Of a stretch of 64,000 bases of DNA, positions 59,545 through 64,000 are shown piece by piece. Origin of the DNA: Eledone cirrhosa (lineage: Eukaryota). Position 1 is the stretch's first letter. Every line of letters begins with the position of its first letter. Below the pieces are notes generated by a model. The model did no database searches. It was given only the letters and a program-made list of their open reading frames with translations, and was not told the origin of the DNA. A program made the position numbers and the translations under genes. The stretch covers positions 441,750,001-441,814,000 of the forward strand of contig OZ024740.1 of NCBI GenBank assembly GCA_964016885.1. The letters are read 5' to 3'.

Positions 59545-60945
59545 ATATTACCACAATATACATATAACATGTATATACTACCACAATATATATTCGATAT
59601 ATATTACCACAATATATATACGTTATATATTACCACAATATACATACGATATATATTACCACAATATACATACGATATATATTACCACAATATATATAAG
59701 ATATATATATTACCACAATATACATACGATATATATTACCACGATATATATACGTTATATATTACCACAATATACATACGATATATACTACCTCAATATA
59801 TATACGATATATATTACCACAGTATATATACGTTATATATTACCACAATATACATACGATATATATTACCACAATATATATACGTTATATATTACCACAA
59901 TATATATACGATATATATTACCACAATATATATACGTTATATATTACCACATACGATATATATTACCACATTATATATATGATATATATTACCACAATAT
60001 CTATACGTTATATATTATCACAATATACATACGATATATATTACCACAATATACATACGATATATATTACCACAATATATATAAGATATATATATTACCA
60101 CAATATACATACGATATATATTACCACGATATATATACGTTATATATTACCACAATATACATACGATATAGACTACCACAATATATATACGATATATATT
60201 ACCACAGTATATATACGTTATATATTACCACAATATACATACGATATATATTACCACAATATACATACGATATATATTACCACAATATATATAATATATA
60301 TATTACCACAATATATATACGATATATATTACCACAATATACATACGTTATATATTACCACAATATATATACGTTATAAATTACCACAATATATATACGA
60401 TATATATTACCACAATATACATATAATATGTATATACTACCACAATATATATTCGATATATATTACCACAATATATATACGTTATATATTACCACCATAT
60501 ACATACGATATATATTACCACAATATACATACGATATTTATTACCACAATATATATAAGATATATATATATTACCACAATATACATACGATATATATTAC
60601 CACGATATATGTACGTTATATATTACCACAATATACATACGATATATACTACCACAATATATATACGATATATATTACCACAGTATATATACGTTATATA
60701 TTACAACAATATACATACGATATATATTACCACAATATATATACGATATATATTAATACGATATATAATACCACAATATATATACGACATATACTACCAC
60801 AATATATATACGATATATACTACCACAATATACATACGATATATATTACCACAATATATATACGTTATATATTACCACAATATATATACGATATATATTA
60901 CCACAATATATATACGTTATATATTACCACATACGATATATACTA
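59545..60945 (+). repeat. Third copy of the indel-rich sub-block, with a 119-bp deletion that removes the first 15-bp monomer
   Basis: 19-bp monomers at 59944 and 60924, and a single 15-bp monomer at 60753. The offset to the 52-kb copy changes from 7522 (52047/59569) to 7403 (52576/59979, 53025/60428). Confidence 0.85.
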
Positions 60946-63900
60946 CCACAATATACATACGATATATATTACCACAATATACATACGGTATATATTACCA
61001 CAATATATATAGGATATATATTACCACAATATACATATGATATATATTCCCACAATATATATACGATATATATTACCACAATATATATGCGATATATATT
61101 ACCACAATATATATACGATATATATTACCACAATATATATACGATATATATTACCACAATATATATACGTTGTATATTAATACAATATACATACGAGATA
61201 TATTACCACAATATATATACGTTATATATTACCACAATATATATACGTTATATACTACCACAATATATATACGGTATATATTGCCACAATATATATACGA
61301 TATATATTACCACAATATACATACGATATATATTACCACAATATTCATACGATATATATTACCACAATATATATACGTTATATATTAACACAATATACAT
61401 ACGATATATACTACCACAATATATATACGATATATATTACCACAATATATATACGTTATATATTACCACAATATACATACGATATATATTACCACAATAT
61501 ATATAAGATATATATTACCACAATATACATACGATATATATTACCACAATATACATACGTTATATATTACCACAATATATATACGTTATATATTACCACA
61601 ATATATATACGATATATATTACCACAATATACATAAGATATATATTACCACAATATACATACGATATATATTACCACAATATATATACGATATATATTAC
61701 CACAATATTCATACGATATATATTACCACAATATACATACGATATATATTACCACAATATACATACGATATATATTACCACAATATACATACGATATATA
61801 ATACCACAATATATATACGATATATATTACCACAATATACATACGATATATATTACCACAATATACATACGATATATATTACCACAATATACATACGGTA
61901 TACATTACCACAATATATATACGATATATATTACCACATTATATATACGATATATATTACCACAATATATATACGTTATATATTAATACAATATACATAC
62001 GAGATATATTACCACAATATATATACGTTATATACTACCACAATATATATACAGTATATATTACCACAATATATATACGATATATATTACCACAATATAC
62101 ATACGATATATATTACCACAATATACATACGATATATATTACCACGATATATATACGTTATATATTACCACAATATACATACGATATATACTACCACAAT
62201 ATATATACGATATATATTACCACAGTATATATACGTTATATATTACCACAATATACATACGATATATATTACCACAATATACATACGATATATATTACCA
62301 CAATATATATAATATATATATTACCACAATATACATACGATATATATTACCACAATATACATACGTTATATATTACCACAATATATATACGTTATAAATT
62401 ACCACAATATATATACGATATATATTACCACAATATACATATAATATGTATTACCACAATATACATACGTTATATATTACCACAATATACATACAGTATA
62501 TATTACCACAATATATATGCGATATATACTACCACAATATATATACGTTATATATTACCACAATATACATACGATATATATTACCACAATATACATACGA
62601 TATATATTACCCCAATATATATACGATATATACTACCACAATATATATACGATATATACTACCACAATATATATACGATATATACTACCACAATATATAT
62701 ACGTTATATATTACCACAATATATATACGATATATATTACCACAATATATAAACGTTATATACTACCACAATTTACATACGATATATATTACCACAACAT
62801 ACATACGGTATATATTACCACAATATATATACGATATATATTACCACAATATACATACGACATATATTCCCACAATATACATACGATATATATTACCACA
62901 ATATACGTACGATATATATTACCACAATATATATACGATATATATTACCACAATATACATACGATATCTACTACCACAATATATATACGTTATATATTAC
63001 CACAATATATATACGATATATATTACCATAATATACATTCGGTATATATTACCACAATTTATATGCGTTATATATTACCACAATATATATACGATATATA
63101 TTACCACAATATATATACGTTATATATTACCACAATATACGTACGATATATATTACCACAATATATATACGATATATATTACCACAATATACATACGATA
63201 TCTACTACCACAATATATATACGTTATATATTACCACAATATATATACGATATATATTACCACAATATACATACGATATATACTACCACAATATATATAC
63301 GTTATATATTACCACAATATATACACGATATATATTACCACAATATACATACGATATATACTACCACAATATATATACGTTATGTATTACCACAATATAT
63401 ATACGTTATATATTACCACAATATATATACGATATATATTACCACTATATATATACGTTATATATTACCACAATATACATACGATATATATTTCCAGAAT
63501 ATACATACGATATATATTACCACAATATACATACGATATATATTACCATAATATATATACGTTATATATTACCACAATATACATACGATATTTATTACCA
63601 CAATATACATACGATATATATTACCACAATATATATACGGTATATATTAGCACAATATATATACGATATATACTACCACAATATACATACGATATATATT
63701 ACCAGAATATACATACGGTATATATTACCACAATATATATACGATATATATTACCACAATATACATACGATATATATTCCCACAATATACTTATGATATA
63801 TATTACCACAATATACATACGTTATATATTACCACAATATATATACGATATATATTACCACAATATATATACGATATATATTACCACAATATATATACGT

Positions 63901-64000
63901 TATATACTACCACAATATACATACGGTATATATTACCACAATATATATACGATATATATTACCACAATATACAAACGATATATATTACCAGAATATACAT

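Larger units (their letters stand above)
1..64000 (+). repeat. 26-bp AT-rich tandem satellite/minisatellite array, consensus TTACCACAATATAYATACGWTATATA, about 2,460 head-to-tail monomers, truncated at both window edges
   Basis: TTACCACAAT or a close variant recurs every 26 bp from position 15 (15, 41, 67, ...) to the end, always in the same orientation. Common polymorphic sites are monomer position 14 (T/C), 20 (A/T, less often G) and 1 (T/C). Confidence 0.99.

Noticed and set aside
192-63551. All + strand ORFs (up to 898 aa) as protein-coding genes
   Set aside because: They overlap in all three frames and translate the same 26-aa period. They start and stop at sporadic repeat variants and have no unique domain or flanking gene context.
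1-64000. CRISPR array (repeat length in range, palindromic)
   Set aside because: The monomers are directly adjacent with no unique spacers, leader or cas genes.
1-64000. Telomerase-synthesised long telomeric repeat (- strand has TGTGGT; yeast telomere units reach 25-26 bp)
   Set aside because: The length exceeds 64 kb, G content is very low, and variants are inherited in kilobase duplicated blocks rather than copied from one template. A subtelomeric location is not excluded.
1-64000. TATA boxes, promoters or intrinsic terminators
   Set aside because: The TATATA runs and hairpins are simply part of the monomer. There is no associated gene, GC stem or U-tract.
1-64000. Purely artefactual or synthetic low-complexity sequence
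   Set aside because: Rare variants and indels are shared in a nested, arithmetically consistent way among distant blocks, as expected of a real evolving array. The copy number of the largest duplications still needs read support.

Overview
The whole 64 kb window is one uninterrupted, head-to-tail, very AT-rich tandem array (satellite/minisatellite) of a 26-bp monomer. The consensus is TTACCACAATATAYATACGWTATATA, about 2,460 copies, and the array runs off both ends. I found no unique sequence, gene, RNA gene, transposon insertion, inversion or CRISPR spacer. The long + strand ORFs are a by-product of the repeat: the consensus has no stop codon in any + frame and 26 is not a multiple of 3, so all three frames give the same 26-aa periodic peptide. 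The real structure lies in the monomer variants. Each monomer is a 21-bp near-palindrome plus a 5-bp spacer. Rare substitutions and indels mark nested duplications with offsets of 208, 260, ~980, 1326, 2630, 3510, 3744, ~5650, ~7400-7500, ~9400-10040 and 19460 bp. I do not recognise the satellite family or the host. It is most likely eukaryotic heterochromatin (inference). I see no evidence for a new protein-coding system. Block boundaries were read by eye and are good to about one or two monomers.
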